Notes: generated by a model from the letters alone, not told the origin. Positions 46,155 to 59,075 are shown, counted from the first letter of the stretch. The stretch: DNA of 59,225 nt from Mustelus asterias (GCF_964213995.1 NW_027590191.1:744001-803225); one strand, 5' to 3'. Translations and numbers: made by a program.

Positions 46155-49100
46155 AAGAACAAAGAATAATACAGCACAGGAACAGGCCCTTCGGCCCTCC
46201 AAGCCCGTGCCGCTCCCTGGTCTAAACTAGACCATTCTTTTGTATCCCTCCATTCCCACTCCATTCATGTGGCTATCTAGATAAGTCTGAAATGTTCCCA
46301 GTGTGTCCGCCTCCACCACCTTGCCCGGCATTCCAGGCCCCCATCACCCTCTGTGTAAAATACGTCCTTCTGATATCCGTGTTAAACCTCCCCCCCCCCT
46401 CACCTTGAACCTATGACCCCTTGTGAATGTCACCACTGACCTGGGAAAAAGCTTCCCACCATTCACCCTATCTATGCCTTTCATAATTTTATACACCTCT
46501 ATTAGGTCACCCCTCATCCTCCGTCTTTCCAGTGAGAACAACCCCAGTTTACCCAATCTCTCCTCATAACTAAGCCCCTCCATACCAGGCAACATCCTGG
46601 TAAACCTCCTCTGCACTCTCTCTAAAGCCTCCACGTCCTTCTGGTAGTGTGGCGACCAGAACTGGGCGCAGTATTCCAAATGCGGCCGAACCAACGTTCT
46701 ATATAACTGCAACATCAGACCCCAACTTTTATACTCTATGCCCCGTCCTATAAAGGCAAGCATGCCATATGCCTTATTCACTACCTTCTCCACTTGTGAC
46801 GTCACCTTCAAGGATCTGTGGACTTGCACACCTAGGTCCCTCTGCATATCTACACCCTTTATGGTTCTGCCATTTATCTTACAGCTCCCCCCTACGTTAG
46901 TTCCTCCAAAATGCATCACTTCGCATTTATCTGGATTGAACTCCATCTGCCATTTCTTTGCCCAAATTTCCAGCCTAACTATATCCTTCTGTAGCCTCTG
47001 ACAATGTTCCTCACTATCTGCAAGTCCAACCATTTTCGTGTCATCCGCAACTTACTGATCACCCCAGTTACACCTTCTTCCAGATCATTTATATAAATCA
47101 CAAACAGCAGAGGTCCCAATACAGAGCCCTGCGGAACACCACTAGTCACAGGCATCAAGCCGGAAAAAGACCCTTCCACTACCACCCTCTGTCTTCTGTG
47201 ACCAAGCCAGTTCTCCACCCATCTAGCCACCTCCCCCTTTATCCCATGAGATCCAACCTACCATGAGAGACTTTGTCAAATGCTTTACTAAAGCCCATAC
47301 AGACGACATCCACGGCCCTTCCCTCATCAACCATTCTAGTCACTTCTACAAAAAACTCCACCAGGTTAGTGAGCGATGACCTCCCTCTCACAAAACCATG
47401 CTGACTATCATTAATGAGTTTATTCCTTTCTAAATGCGCATACATCCTATCTCTAAGAATCCTCTCCAACAACTTCCCCACCACGGACGTCAAGCTCACC
47501 GGCCTATAATTTCCCGGGTTACCCTTCCTACCCTTCTTAAATAACGGGACCACATTAGCTATCCTCCAATCCTCTGGGACCTCACCTGTGTCCACTGACG
47601 AGACAAAGATTTGCGTCAGAGGCCCAGCGATTTCATCTCTCGTCTCCCTGAGCAGCCTGGGATAGATTCCATCAGGCCCTGGGGATTTGTCAGTCATTAT
47701 ATTCCCTAAAAAACCTAACACTTCCTCCCTTGTAATGGAGATTTTCTCTAACGGGTCAACACTCCCCTCCGAGACACTCCCAGTCAACACATCCCTCTCC
47801 TTTGTGAATACCGATGCAAAGTATTCATTTAGGATCTCCCCTACTTCTTTGGGCTCTAAGCATAATTCCCCACTTTTGTCCCTGAGAGGTCCGATTTTTT
47901 CCCTGACAACCCTTTTGTTCCTAACGTATGAATAAAATGCCTTGGGATTCTCCTTAATCCTGTCTGCCAAGGACGTTTCGTGACCCCTTTTTGCCCTTCT
48001 AATTCCTCGTTTGAGTTCTTTCCTACTTTCTTTGTATTTCTCCAGAGCTCCCTCTGTTTTTAGCTGCCTGGATCTAACGTACACCACTCTTTTCTTCATG
48101 ACCAATCGCTCAATTTCCCTGGTTATCCACGGTTCTCGAATCCTACCCTTCCTATCCTTTTTTACAGGCACATGCCTATCCTGCAGCCCTAACAACTGTT
48201 CCTTAAAAGACTCCCACATGCCAGATGTGGATTTACCCTCAAACAGCCTCTCCCAATCAACATCTGCCAAATTCTGCCTAATCCCACTAAAGTTAGCCTT
48301 CCCCCAATCCAACACCTTACCCTTGGGACACCACTCATCCTTTTCCATCTCTATCCTAAAGCTAACAGAATTGTGGTCACTATTTGCCACATGTTCCCCT
48401 ACCGAAACTTTGAAGACCTGACCAGGCTCATTCCCCAGTACCAGGTCCAGTATAGCCCCCTCTCTCGTCGGGCTATCTACATATTGTTCCAAAGAACCTG
48501 TACGCATTTTACAAATGCCTCCCCATTCTGACTCCCAGCCCTACGCGATTTCCAGTCTATACCAGGGAAATTGAAGTCTCCCACTACAGCAACCCTATTT
48601 TTCCTGCACCTATCCATTATCTCCTGACATATCCGTTCTTCCACTTCCTTTGGGCTGTTGGGGGGCCTGTAGTATACCCCAACATAGTGACTGCGCCCTT
48701 CCTGTTTCTGAGCTCCACCCACAGTGACTCATTACACGACCCCTCTGAATTGTCCTCCCTCTGCACCGCTGTAATATGCTCTCTAACTAATACTGCTACT
48801 CCCCCACCTCTTTTGGCCCCTCCACTGTCTCACCTAAAACACTTGTACCCCGGAATATTCAGCTGCCAGTCCTGTCCCTCTTTCAACCAAGTCTCTGTCA
48901 CCGCACCCACATCCAAATTCCTCGTAAGCATTAAGGCCCTAAGTTCGTCTGTCTTACATGCGACGCTCCTTGCATTGAAGTAGATGCACTCCAGACCTCC
49001 AGGCCCAGTGAGGTCATCCTCCCCCAGAGTGCCCTTCTTCTTTGCCAGCCTTGTCCTGGCCCCAAGCTCGTCCCCAGCCTCTACACTTGTAGACCTAATT

Positions 49101-49165
49101 TTTTGATCCCCACCCCCCTGCCATATTTGTTTAAACCCACCCGAACTGCACTAGCAAAACTCCCA
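46155..49165 (-). mobile_element. CR1 LINE with essentially the whole ORF2 region, frameshifted
   Basis: EN-RT pieces in several frames (48477-48722, 47239-48507, 46979-47230, 46344-47033); closely related to 11250-13873. Confidence 0.92.
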
Positions 49166-49449
49166 ACCAGTCTCGCACGCTATCTTCCTGGCTCACCGGT
49201 CTAATCGAGCGGCGAGTCGAGCCAGTAAGATCGCCCCCTGTATCTTTCTTTCACACTCAGACTGAACAATCAGCCTTATTCTTGAGGCAGATTTCACAGA
49301 ATATAATGTCCTCTCGCTGATCAAAATGAAAGAAGAAATTCTTAGTTTAAACAATTCCTGCTCGCTACACAGATTCCACAAGCATTGAGGTGAATACAGT
49401 GTGGTAACAACAAAATGACAACAATACAGTTCAGTAACAACACAAACTT

Positions 49450-51750
49450 AATTTAAACTTCATCTTTTTTTTGTTATATTCCTCAACCTAATTATTTTAA
49501 TTTGATCAGTTTTTGTTAGGGATGGGTAACTTCTGTTCTTTATAAACTGGTTCACTCATTTTGTTTATTCTACATGGGCTCGGAGAATCAGAACCCAGTC
49601 TTTATCATCCTTATCCTTTTTCTCCTTCTGCCACCACTCCCTCTGTTTTGCGGGAGGGTCGTGGGGATTCCAATCAGACCGAATCATTTTATCATAAAAG
49701 TAAAACACTGCGGATTCTGGAATCTGAAAAAAAAACAAAAAATGATGGAAAATCTCAGCAGGTCTGACAGTATCTGTGGAGAGAGAATAGAGCCAATGTT
49801 TCGAGTCTGGATGTCCCTTCATAAGAGCTCTTCTGAAGTGTCATCCAGACTCGAAACGTTGGCTCTATTCTCTTATCATTGTATCGATAAGTTTCTTGTT
49901 CTTAGTTTCCAAATGGCAGGTAAGAGACCTGTCCGGTCCCCACTCGAGCTCTGATTTTTTCACTGGCCATGCTTGGGTCGGATTATAACCATTAGAAGCT
50001 ACGCTCAGAGGTCCACTTTTCAATCCAGTGCTACTTGGAGTATACTGAAGTGACATTATCGGGTCACACATTTATGATAAAATAATTTAAATAATGCCTG
50101 AGAACGCTTCTTAACCAACTACCTATCACCGTGTGTTGATTGGTCAGACCCACTTTTTACAGATTCGGTTATCTCAGCCGCTGAACACCAGCCGGTCCTG
50201 GAATAAGTTTAATTCTAACCCATTCTGAGTAAATATTCTCACCAGGTCCTCTGTCGGGGCCCTGCTAAGCAGCTTTAATGGTCCGTGATTGCAGAAACTG
50301 AGCAGTCACAGGAATGTGGTCAAGATAGTCCAGTCCCATAATGCCTCACATTCAATCTGCTGTCCTTCAATTATAACACAATATGTGGCTGTCTGTAGCT
50401 GCCTCGGCCGTGGTCAACCCCAACACTGCCTTCCTGAACTGCTACAATGCCTGAGGTGTAAGCACACCCACAGTGCTGTTAGGGAGGTATTTCCAGCTAC
50501 ACATTCCAGACTTTCACTCGACTGTAGGTGGATACGAGATTGATATATTCTATTCAACCACACCCAAGGTGAGTTCTTCCCATTTCTTTATTGTCCAGGA
50601 AAGTATATTCACAACATCTTGAAAACAGAAATTAAACATTCCCATTTAATTTCAGGTATTAACATATTCTGTTCGTTTGTTCTTTATTGTCGATGTCAGG
50701 CTGGGGTTGTTCCTCTTGGAGCAAAGGAGGTTGAGGTGAGATTTGATAGAGGTGGACAAGATTCTGACAGGTTTAGATAAGGTGGACAAAGAAAAGCTGT
50801 TCCCATTAGTTGATGGAACAAGGATGAGGGGGACGCAGATTTTGGTTCAGAGATGCAGGGGGGGATGTGAGGAAGAATATTTTGATGCAGCGAATGGTAA
50901 TGACCTGGAACTCGCTGCCTACGAGGGTGGAGGAAGTGGAGACAATAAACAATTACAAAGGAAATTGGATGAGCATTTGGGGGGCTTTCAAACAGAAATG
51001 CTGACTAAATATCTCTTAACTTCCAGCCTGGGCTCGATTCCCAGCTTGGGTCACCTCTGTGTGGAGTTTCCACATTCTCATCGTGTCTGCATGTGTTTCT
51101 TCCGGGTGCTCCGGTTTCCTCCCACAGTCCAAAGATGTGCAGGTTAGGTGGATTGGCCATGCTAAATTGCCTCTTAGTATCAGGGGGGCCAGCTAAGGTA
51201 AATGCATGGGGTTATGGGGATAGGGCCTGGGTGGGATTGTGGGCTGTGCAGTCAATGGGCTGAATGGCCTCCTTCTGCACCGTAGGGATTCTTTGATTCT
51301 TTACACTCTGTTACCATTGTGAAATCTGAAACCAGGTATTCGCAACAAGACTCAGAGGGTATCAGTCCACTGGAGGCAAAGTCATGAGACTGGTCGGTCC
51401 AGCAGAAAGAAACCCTCCGACCCTTCCCATTGACCAACTGTGAGAATGAACAAAACGCAGTCCTGGATGTAATTGAGAGCAGAAACAATAACAGCAGAAT
51501 CCAACCCCGAATATCATTCATGAACGTGTTGGTGTCTCAGCAGGGCAAATGAAGCTCTGAATCCCTTCCCACACTGAGAGCAGGTGAACGGCCTCTCTCC
51601 AATGTGAACTCGCTGGTGTCTCAGCAGGTGGGATGAAACTCTGAATCCCTTCCCACACTGAGAGCAGGTAAAGGGCCTCTCCCCAGTGTGAAGTCGATGG
51701 TGTGCCAGCTGGGTGGATAACCGAGTGAATCCCTCCCCACACTGAGAGCA
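49450..51750. repeat. tandem segmental duplication, copy 1 (ZNF 3' end and downstream flank)
   Basis: Collinear with 52690-55640. Confidence 0.9.
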
Positions 51751-52500
51751 GGTTGCGAATACCTGTTTTTAAATTTCACAAGGATCACAGAGTGACCGGG
51801 TGTTAGGAATCATAGAATCCCCACAGTGCAGAAGCAGGCCATTCGGCCCATTGACTCTGCACAGACCACAATCCCACCCAGGCCCTGTCCCCATAACCCC
51901 ATGCATTTACCTTAGTTGGTCCCCCTAACACTAAGGTGCAATTTAGCATGGCCAATCCACCTAACCTGGTTTCTCCCCAGTGTGAATTCGCTGGTGTGTC
52001 TGCAGGTCGGATGAGTGAGTGAATTCCTTCTCACACACAGAGCAGGTGAACGGTCTCTCCCCGGTGTGAACTCGCTGGTGTCTCTGCAGACTGGATGAGT
52101 GAGTGAATTCCTTCCCACACACAGAGCAGGTGAACGGTCTCTCCCCAGTGTGACTGCGTCGATGAGTGTCCAGATCAGATGAGACTTTGAATCCTTTCCC
52201 GTAGTCCCCACGGTTTCTCCATGGTGCGGGTGTCCTTGTGACTCTACAAGTTAAACAATCAGTTAAATCTCACACAGAACATGGGTACAGTCTCTCCCAC
52301 TGTGAATGCTGCGATGTATTTTCAGGCTGTGTAACTGGTGAAAGCTCTTTCCACACTCAGTGCACTGGAACACTCTCACTCGAGGGTGTGTTTATGTGTC
52401 TCGGTGTTTTTCCAGCCACACTGATGTTTAAAGTCTTTTAAAGCAGAAAGAATATGGAAACATTTCTCCTTCTCGAATCAAAGGTCGATAATATTCAGGT
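51518..52500 (-). pseudogene. C2H2 zinc-finger pseudogene G
   Basis: ACCATGGAGAAACC start at ~52222, frameshift in the first finger, array interrupted at ~51754-51966; decayed fingers upstream. Confidence 0.85.
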
Positions 52501-52689
52501 CTCGATTATATGATATATTATATTATATTATGATTATAGTATTCAGATTCTATGATTCCGATTTAAAAACAAATGAACTGTCTGCTGAAAGGGTTAACTT
52601 TTCTACAGAACCGAAAAGGGTGGGGAGTGAGCAGCAAAAACTTGGCACACAATTACTTCACTTTACACAAGTTTAAAACAAAACAAATG

Positions 52690-55640
52690 ATTTTAAACTT
52701 CATCTATTAATTTTTTGGGGGATATTCCTCAACTGATTTAATTTGATCAGTTTTTGTTAGGGATGGGTAACTTCTGTTCTTTATGAACTGATTCACTCAT
52801 TTTCTTAATTCCACATGGGCTCAGAGAATCAGAACCCAGACTTTATCATCCTTATCCTTTTTCTCCCTTTGCCACCACTCCCTCTGTTTCGCGGGAGGGT
52901 CGTGGGGATTCCAATCAGAACTAATCATTTTATCATAAAAGTAAAATACTGCGGATGCTGGAATCTGAAACAAAAACAGAAAATGCTGGAAAATCTCAGC
53001 AGGTCTGACAGTATCTGTGGAGAGAGAATAGAGCCAATGTTTCGAGTCTGGATGACCCTTTATAAGAGCTTTTATGAAGTGTCATCCAGACTCGAAACGT
53101 TGGCTCTATTCTCTAATCATTTTAATCGATAAGTTTCTTGTTCTTAGTTTCCAAATGGCAGGAAGAGACCTGTCCGGTCCCCACTCTGATTTTTCACTGG
53201 CCATGCTTGGGTAAGATTATAATCATTAGAATCTACTCTCAGAGATCTGCTTTTCAGTCCAGTGCTACTTGGAGTATACCGTCACTTCACCGACTATCAG
53301 GTCACAAGTCCCTCACAGTTCTTATCACAAATTTATGATAAAATAATTTAAACATGCCTGAGAACGCTTCTTAACTTCTTAGTCAGCTACCTACCCCCGT
53401 TTGTTGATTAGTCAGAGCCCATTTTTACAGATTCCAGGTTTCTCAGCTGCTGAACATCAGCCGGTCCTGCAATAATTTCATAGAATCTCTACAGTGCAGA
53501 AGGAGGCCATTCAGCCCATCAAGTCTGCACCAATCACAATCCCACCGACCCTATCCCCATAGCCCCATGCATTTACCCTAGCTCGTCCCCCTGACACGAT
53601 GGGGCAATTTAGCATGGCCAAGGATATATTGGCATTGGAGGGAGTGCAGAGAAGGTTCACCAGGTTGATACCGGAGATGAGGGGTTTGGATTATGAGGAG
53701 AGGCTGAGGAGATTGGGTTTGTACTCGTTGGAGTTTAGAAGGATGAGGGGGGATCTTATGGAGACTTATAAGATAATGCGGGGGCTGGATAGGGTGGAGG
53801 CGGAGAGATTCTTTCCACTTAGTAAGGAAGTTAAAACTAGAGGACACAGCCTCAAAATAAAGGGGGGTCGGTTTAAGACAGAGTTGAGGAGGAACTTCTT
53901 CTCCCAGAGGGTGGTGAATCTCTGGAATTCTCTGCCCACTGAGGTGGTGGAGGCTACCTCGCTGAATATGTTTAAAGCGCGGATGGATGGATTCCTGAGC
54001 GGTAAGGGAATTAAGGGTTATGGGGATCAGGCGGGTAAGTGGTACTGATCCACGTCAGATCAGCCATGATCTTATTGAATGGCGGGGCAGGCTCGAGGGG
54101 CTAGATGGCCTACTCCTGCTCCTATTTCTTATGTTCTTATGTTCAATCCACCTAACCCACACTTCTTTGTACTGTGGGAGGAAACCGGAGCACCCGGAGG
54201 AAACCCACGCAGACACGGGGAGAATGTGCAAACTCCACACAGACAGTGACCCAAGCAGGAAATCAAACCCAGGTCCCTGGCGCTGTGAGGCAGCAGTGCT
54301 AACCACTGTACCACCGTGCTGCCCCAGTTTAATTCTAACTCACTCTGAGTAAATATTCTCACCAGGTCCTCTGTTGGGGCCCTGCTAAGCAGCTTTAATG
54401 GTCCGTGATTGCAGAAACTGAGCAGTCACAGGAATGTGGTCAAGATAGTCCAGTCCCACAATGCCTCACATTCAATCTGCTGTCCTTCAATTATAACACA
54501 ATATGTGGCTGTGTGTAGCTGCCTCGGCCGTGGTCAACCCCAACACTGCCTCCTTGAACTGTTACAATGCCTGAGGTGTAAGTACACCCACAGTGCTGTT
54601 AGGGAGGGATTTCCAGCTACACATTCCAGACTTTCACTAGACTGTAGGTGGATACCAGATTGATATATTCCATTCAACCACACCCAAGGTGAGTTATTCC
54701 AATTCCTTTATTGTCCAGGACAATATATTTACAATATCTTTAAAACAGAAATTAGACATTCCCATTTGAATTCAGATATTAACATATTCTGTTAGTTTGT
54801 TCTTTATTGTCAATGTCAGGCTGGGGTTGTTCTCCTTGGAGCAAAGGAGGTTGAGGGGAGATTTGATAGAGGTGGACAAGATTCTGACAGGTTTAGATAA
54901 GGTGGACAAAGAAAAGCTGTTCCCATTAGCTGATGGGACAAGGACGAGGGGGACACAGATTTAAGGTTTTGGGTCAGAGATGCAGGGGGGACGTGAGGAA
55001 GAATATTTTGATGCAGCGAATGGTAATGACCTGGAACTCGCTGCCTACGAGGGTGGAGGAAGTGGAGACAATAAACAATTACAAAGGAAATTGGATGGGC
55101 ATTGGGAGGTTTCAAACAGAAATAGTGACTCTGAATTTCCTCACACCCTGTCACTCTGTGATCCGTGTGAAATTTGAAACCAGGTATTCGCAACAAGACT
55201 CAAAGAGCATCAGCCCACTGGAGGCAAAGTCATGAGACCGGCCAGTCCAGCAGAAAGAAACCCTCCGACCCTCCCCATTGACCAACTGTGAGAATGAACA
55301 AAATGCAGTCCTGGATGTAATTGAGAGCAGAAACAATAACAGCAGAATCCAACCCCTGGAATCACTCATGAACTTGTTGGTGTCTCAGCAGGTGGGATGA
55401 AAGACTGGATCTCTTCTCACTGAGAGCAGGTGAACGGTCTCTCCCCAATGTGAATTCGCTGGTGTGTCAGCAGGCTGGATGAATCACAGAATCCCTTCCC
55501 ACACTGAGAGCAGGTGAATGGCCTCTCCCCAGTGTGAACTCGCTGGTGTATCTGCAGGTGGGATGAATCACAGAAACCCTTCCCACACTGAGAGCAGGTA
55601 AAGGGCCTCTCCCCAGTGTGAACTCGTTGGTGTTTCCGCA
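52690..55640. repeat. tandem segmental duplication, copy 2
   Basis: Collinear with 49450-51750 apart from copy-specific insertions. Confidence 0.9.
53478..54325. mobile_element. HE1 SINE (-) with nested young CR1 3' fragment (+, 53622-54143)
   Basis: Absent at the paralogous site ~50205; CAA at both CR1 junctions. Confidence 0.9.
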
Positions 55641-55950
55641 GGTTGGAAGACTGAGTGAATCTCTTCCCACACTGAGAGCAGGTGAACGGCCTCTCCCCAG
55701 TGTGAATGCGCTCATGGACCGGCAGGTCGGAAGATCGAGTGAATCCCTCCCCACACTGAGAACACGTGAATGGCCTCTCCCCAGTGTGAACTCGCTGGTG
55801 TTTCTGCAGGCTGGATGACTCAGTGAATCCCTTCCCACACTGAGAGCAGATGAACGGCCTCTGCCCAGTGTGGCTGCGCCGATGAGCTTCCAGCTGAGAT
55901 GGGTATCTGTATCTCTTGCCACAGTCCCCACATTTCCATGGTTTCTCCAT
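55417..55950 (-). CDS. C2H2 zinc-finger protein H (6 fingers, seventh truncated)
   Basis: 177-aa ORF from ACCATGG; acceptor CAG at 56076-56074; candidate donors at 57267 and 57237. Confidence 0.8.
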   Translation of the reverse strand: MEKPWKCGDCGKRYRYPSQLEAHRRSHTGQRPFICSQCGKGFTESSSLQKHQRVHTGERPFTCSQCGEGFTRSSDLPVHERIHTGERPFTCSQCGKRFTQSSNLRKHQRVHTGERPFTCSQCGKGFCDSSHLQIHQRVHTGERPFTCSQCGKGFCDSSSLLTHQRIHIGERPFTCSQ

Positions 55951-56617
55951 GGTGCAGGTGTCCCTCTGAGGGAAGAGATGTCTGGAAATATATAACGTAG
56001 CTACAGCTCCATATTACAAGATATTCAGATCCCAAGGAATATGACTCTTGCCTGTGATTCCTCGTTCAAAATCCTGTGAAATGAGTTTGCAAAAGTCATC
56101 ACAGTCAGTATAGGATAGAAATTCAGAGCAGACAATTCTAGTTTCTATGGAACATTCTTTCCTATTTCATTCCCAAAAAGTTGTAAATCTCCATCCATAT
56201 CTATGGATTCTATTTACAAATGAAAGTGGCTGGGCACTTGAAGGAAATAAACTTTCAGGAGAATGGGGATATCGAGTGGGAATGGGACTGGAATTTTATA
56301 CAGAGAGTCAGCCTGGATTCGAGTTACCGAATGGATTCCTTCTGTGCTGTAATGACTTTATGACTGGAAGTGTATAACATCGCTACAGCATTATATTACA
56401 ATGCAAGAAATAATAATTAATGTATTTTATTACAGAAACATAAATAATATATCTAATCTGGGTACCATATAATAACACTAGACATATCTCTGTCCTATAT
56501 TACTTTACTGTCTCCTTAAATGTCAGCCATCTCCTGGGGAAAGCTGCCCTTTAATGTGAACATGAGGAAAAAGACCATCCTTTTCGACAGACAAATAAAT
56601 GTGTCAAGCTGAGGGAG

Positions 56618-57107
56618 CAAAGGATGTTCACCAGGGTAATTCAGGGAATCGCGGGACTGATGTATGAGGAGAGAGTGACGAGGTTAAGATTGTTTTCGTT
56701 GGAGTTCAGATGAATGAGGGGGGAATCTCATAGAGACTTATAAAATTCTAACAGGTCGAGACAGGATAGATGCAGGGAGGATGTTCCCGATGGAGTCCAG
56801 AACCGGGGGGGTCACAGTCTGAGGATTCAGGGCAGACCATTTAGGACGGAGGTGAGGAGACATTTCTTCACCCAAAGAGTGGTGAGTCTGTGGAATTTAT
56901 TACCACAGGAAGTAGTCGATGCCAAAACATTGAATGTATTCAAGAGGCGGCTGGATAAAGCACTTGGGGCAAATGGGATCACAGGTAATGGGGAAAAAGC
57001 AGGATTAGGCGACTGAGTTGGATGATCAGCCATGATCGTAATGAATGGCGGAGGAGGCTCGAAGGGCCAAATGGCCTCCTCCTGCTCCTATCTTCTATGT
57101 TTCTATA
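56618..57107 (+). mobile_element. CR1 3' fragment
   Basis: Degenerate RT C-terminus and CR1 tail. Confidence 0.8.
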
Positions 57108-57259
57108 TCAATGTCTTTAAGAGAGAGAGAGAGACCTGGGCCAACCTTCCCTGAGTCTGCACCCTCCCTGGATTCACTTCCTTTCCCTTCAGTTGCTACA
57201 AGTCCCCAATTTCCCCCAGAATGAGAAAGAAACTCACAGATGTTGGCCTCTTTTAGGTC

Positions 57260-57835
57260 AAACTCACAGATGTGGCCGACAGGAGAAACTTTGACTCTCT
57301 CTGAAACTCCATCTTCATTCACACAAGGCCCGCGCTCTCAATGGCTGGAGGACCAGAGTCCTTCCGGTCCTCCAACTCTTCCTATTGGCCAGAGCTAGTA
57401 AGGGGCCGTGAATCAAAGGTGCGCATGTGCAGATTTTGGGGGGAATGCGCATGTGCGGGTGTGGGGGAGGGGCCGGGACAAAGCCGGCGCACTGACCATT
57501 GTCTGTCCGGGTCTTCCAGCCTTTCCCATTGGACAACAGCTCAGCGTGGCTGGAGGACAAAGTCCCGCCGACACCACGTGGGGCTCCGCCCCTCATTGTC
57601 TGTCAGCGGGGGATTGACCAATGGAAACTCTGGAGGACCGGAGGTTCTCTGATCCTCCAGCCAATCAGAGCTCCCACATTGTCTGAATGCGGAAGTTGCA
57701 CAATGAACTTGTTCAGCTGTTCATTCCTCAAGCTGCTGCTGCTTCTCTCTGAATGAAGATTGAGCTTCAGACGGCCTGAAACGTGCCTCCTCTGGGGCAG
57801 CGCCTGCACTTTGTTTCCGGGGTGGGGTGAGTTCA
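57260..57835. promoter_or_regulatory. bidirectional CpG-rich promoter with inverted duplicated modules
   Basis: NRF1-like TGCGCATGTGC x2, GC boxes, CCAAT boxes, outward-facing GTGAGT donors (57267 minus, 57827 plus). Confidence 0.7.
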
Positions 57836-58053
57836 CGTTCGCCCGAGTAGCGGGGGGCCCCGGGTCGGAGCCGGGCGGAAACTGTGGGTTTGTTTTCTTT
57901 TCTTTTTTTGTGAGTACCTTTATTTATTTTCTCGTTTTTGCTCACGGAGACGCCCGGTTTTTGTTTTTGTTTTGTTGGGTTTGTTTGTTTTTCGCTCCCT
58001 GCGGGGAGGAAGGAGGGAGGTGAGCTGCTGCCTGCCTTGCCCGGCCTGCCTGT

Positions 58054-59075
58054 TGCCTGCCTGCCTGCCGTCTGGCCTGCTTACCTGCCTGACTGCCGTC
58101 TGGCCTGCTTACCTGCCTGCCTGCCGTCTGGCCTGCTTACCTGCCTGCCTGCCGTCTGGCCTGCTTACCTGCCTGCCTGCCGTCTGGCCTGCTTACCTGC
58201 CTGCCTGCCGTCTGGCCTGCTTACCTGCCTGCCTGCCGTCTGGCCTGCTTACCTGCCTGCCTGCCGTCTGGCCTGCTTACCTGCCTGCCTGCCGTCTGGC
58301 CTGCTTACCTGCCTGCCTGCCGTCTGGCCTGCTTACCTGCCTGCCTGCCGTCTGGCCTGCTTACCTGCCTGCCTGCCGTCTGGCCTGCTTACCTGCCTGC
58401 CTGCCGTCTGGCCTGCTTACCTGCCTGCCTGCCGTCTGGCCTGCTTACCTGCCTGCCTGCCGTCTGGCCTGCTTACCTGCCTGCCTGCCGTCTGGCCTGC
58501 TTACCTGCCTGCCTGCCGTCTGGCCTGCTTACCTGCCTGCCTGCCGTCTGGCCTGCTTACCTGCCTGCCTGCCGTCTGGCCTGCTTACCTGCCTGCCTGC
58601 CGTCTGGCCTGCTTACCTGCCTGCCTGCCGTCTGGCCTGCTTACCTGCCTGCCTGCCGTCTGGCCTGCTTACCTGCCTGCCTGCCGTCTGGCCTGCTTGC
58701 CTGCCTGCCTGCCGTCTGGCCTGCTTGCCTGCCTGCCTGCCGTCTGGCCTGCTTGCCTGCCTGCCTGCCGTCTGGCCTGCTTGCCTGCCTGCCTGCCGTC
58801 TGGCCTGCTTGCCTGCCTGCCTGCCGTCTGGCCTGCTTGCCTGCCTGCCTGCCGTCTGGCCTGCTTGCCTGCCTGCCTGCCGTCTGGCCTGCTGCCTGCC
58901 GCTGGCCTGCTTGCCTGCCTGCCTGCCGTCTGGCCTGCTTGCCTGCCTGCCTGCCGTCTGGCCTGCCTGCCTGCCGTCTGGCCTGCCTGCCTGCCGTCTG
59001 GCCTGCCTGCCGGCCTGCTTGCCGTCTGGCCTACCTGCCGTCTGGACTGCCTGACTGCCTGCTTGCCTGCCATCC
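58054..59075. repeat. 28-bp minisatellite (CCTGCCTGCCTGCCGTCTGGCCTGCTT[A/G])n, about 30 regular units plus degenerate edges
   Basis: Direct reading; unit switches from CTTA to CTTG near 58697. Confidence 0.95.

Noticed and set aside
58054-59075. CRISPR-like array
   Set aside because: Head-to-tail repeats with no unique spacers; eukaryotic context.
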